A stretch of DNA of 64,000 bases from Hemiscyllium ocellatum. Lineage: Eukaryota. Below the pieces are notes generated by a model that worked only from the letters and a program-made list of their open reading frames with translations, ran no database searches and was not told the DNA's origin. The translations under genes were made by a program, and so were the position numbers. The DNA lies in the NCBI RefSeq assembly GCF_020745735.1, contig NW_026867481.1, positions 475,291-539,290 of the forward strand, written 5' to 3'. The first letter of the stretch is position 1, and every line of letters begins with the position of its first letter. Shown piece after piece: positions 63,953-64,000 of the stretch.

Positions 63953-64000
63953 AGAACTGTACACCGACTTCTTGCAGAATCTCTCAGTTATATTTCGGAG
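63953..64000 (-). pseudogene. 3' end of a V pseudogene running off the window
   Basis: SEI*LRDSARSRCTV aligns with SKMQLGDSAVYYCAL and abuts an RSS. Confidence 0.6.

Overview
Cartilaginous-fish (shark) genomic DNA: AT-rich, full of CR1-type LINEs, HE1-type SINEs and Penelope-like fragments, with three assembly gaps. It is part of a T-cell receptor alpha/delta V locus. The centrepiece is a complete germline NAR-TCR cassette on the minus strand: leader (27617-27575), NAR-like V (27420-27133) with a 23-RSS, one 12/12 D (26739-26723), a J (26353-26301) with a 23-RSS, and a leaderless 'supporting' TCR-delta V (23499-23190). That supporting V has lost its first canonical Cys (C->W) and is followed by a ladder of four same-orientation 23-type RSSs at ~60 bp period (22971-23189). 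A decayed second ladder follows a V remnant at the right edge (63761-64000). This RSS ladder is my best candidate for an undescribed system. At least four clear decayed V pseudogenes, and several weaker ones, lie on both strands. Two intact two-exon class A GPCR genes of the GPR139/GPR142-like type, plus one pseudogene, are interleaved with the V segments. A dimer of intron-containing tRNA-Pro(CGG)-like sequences sits in one copy of a tandem duplication whose sister copy has the empty site. Family and species assignments come from motif recognition only; no database searches were run.
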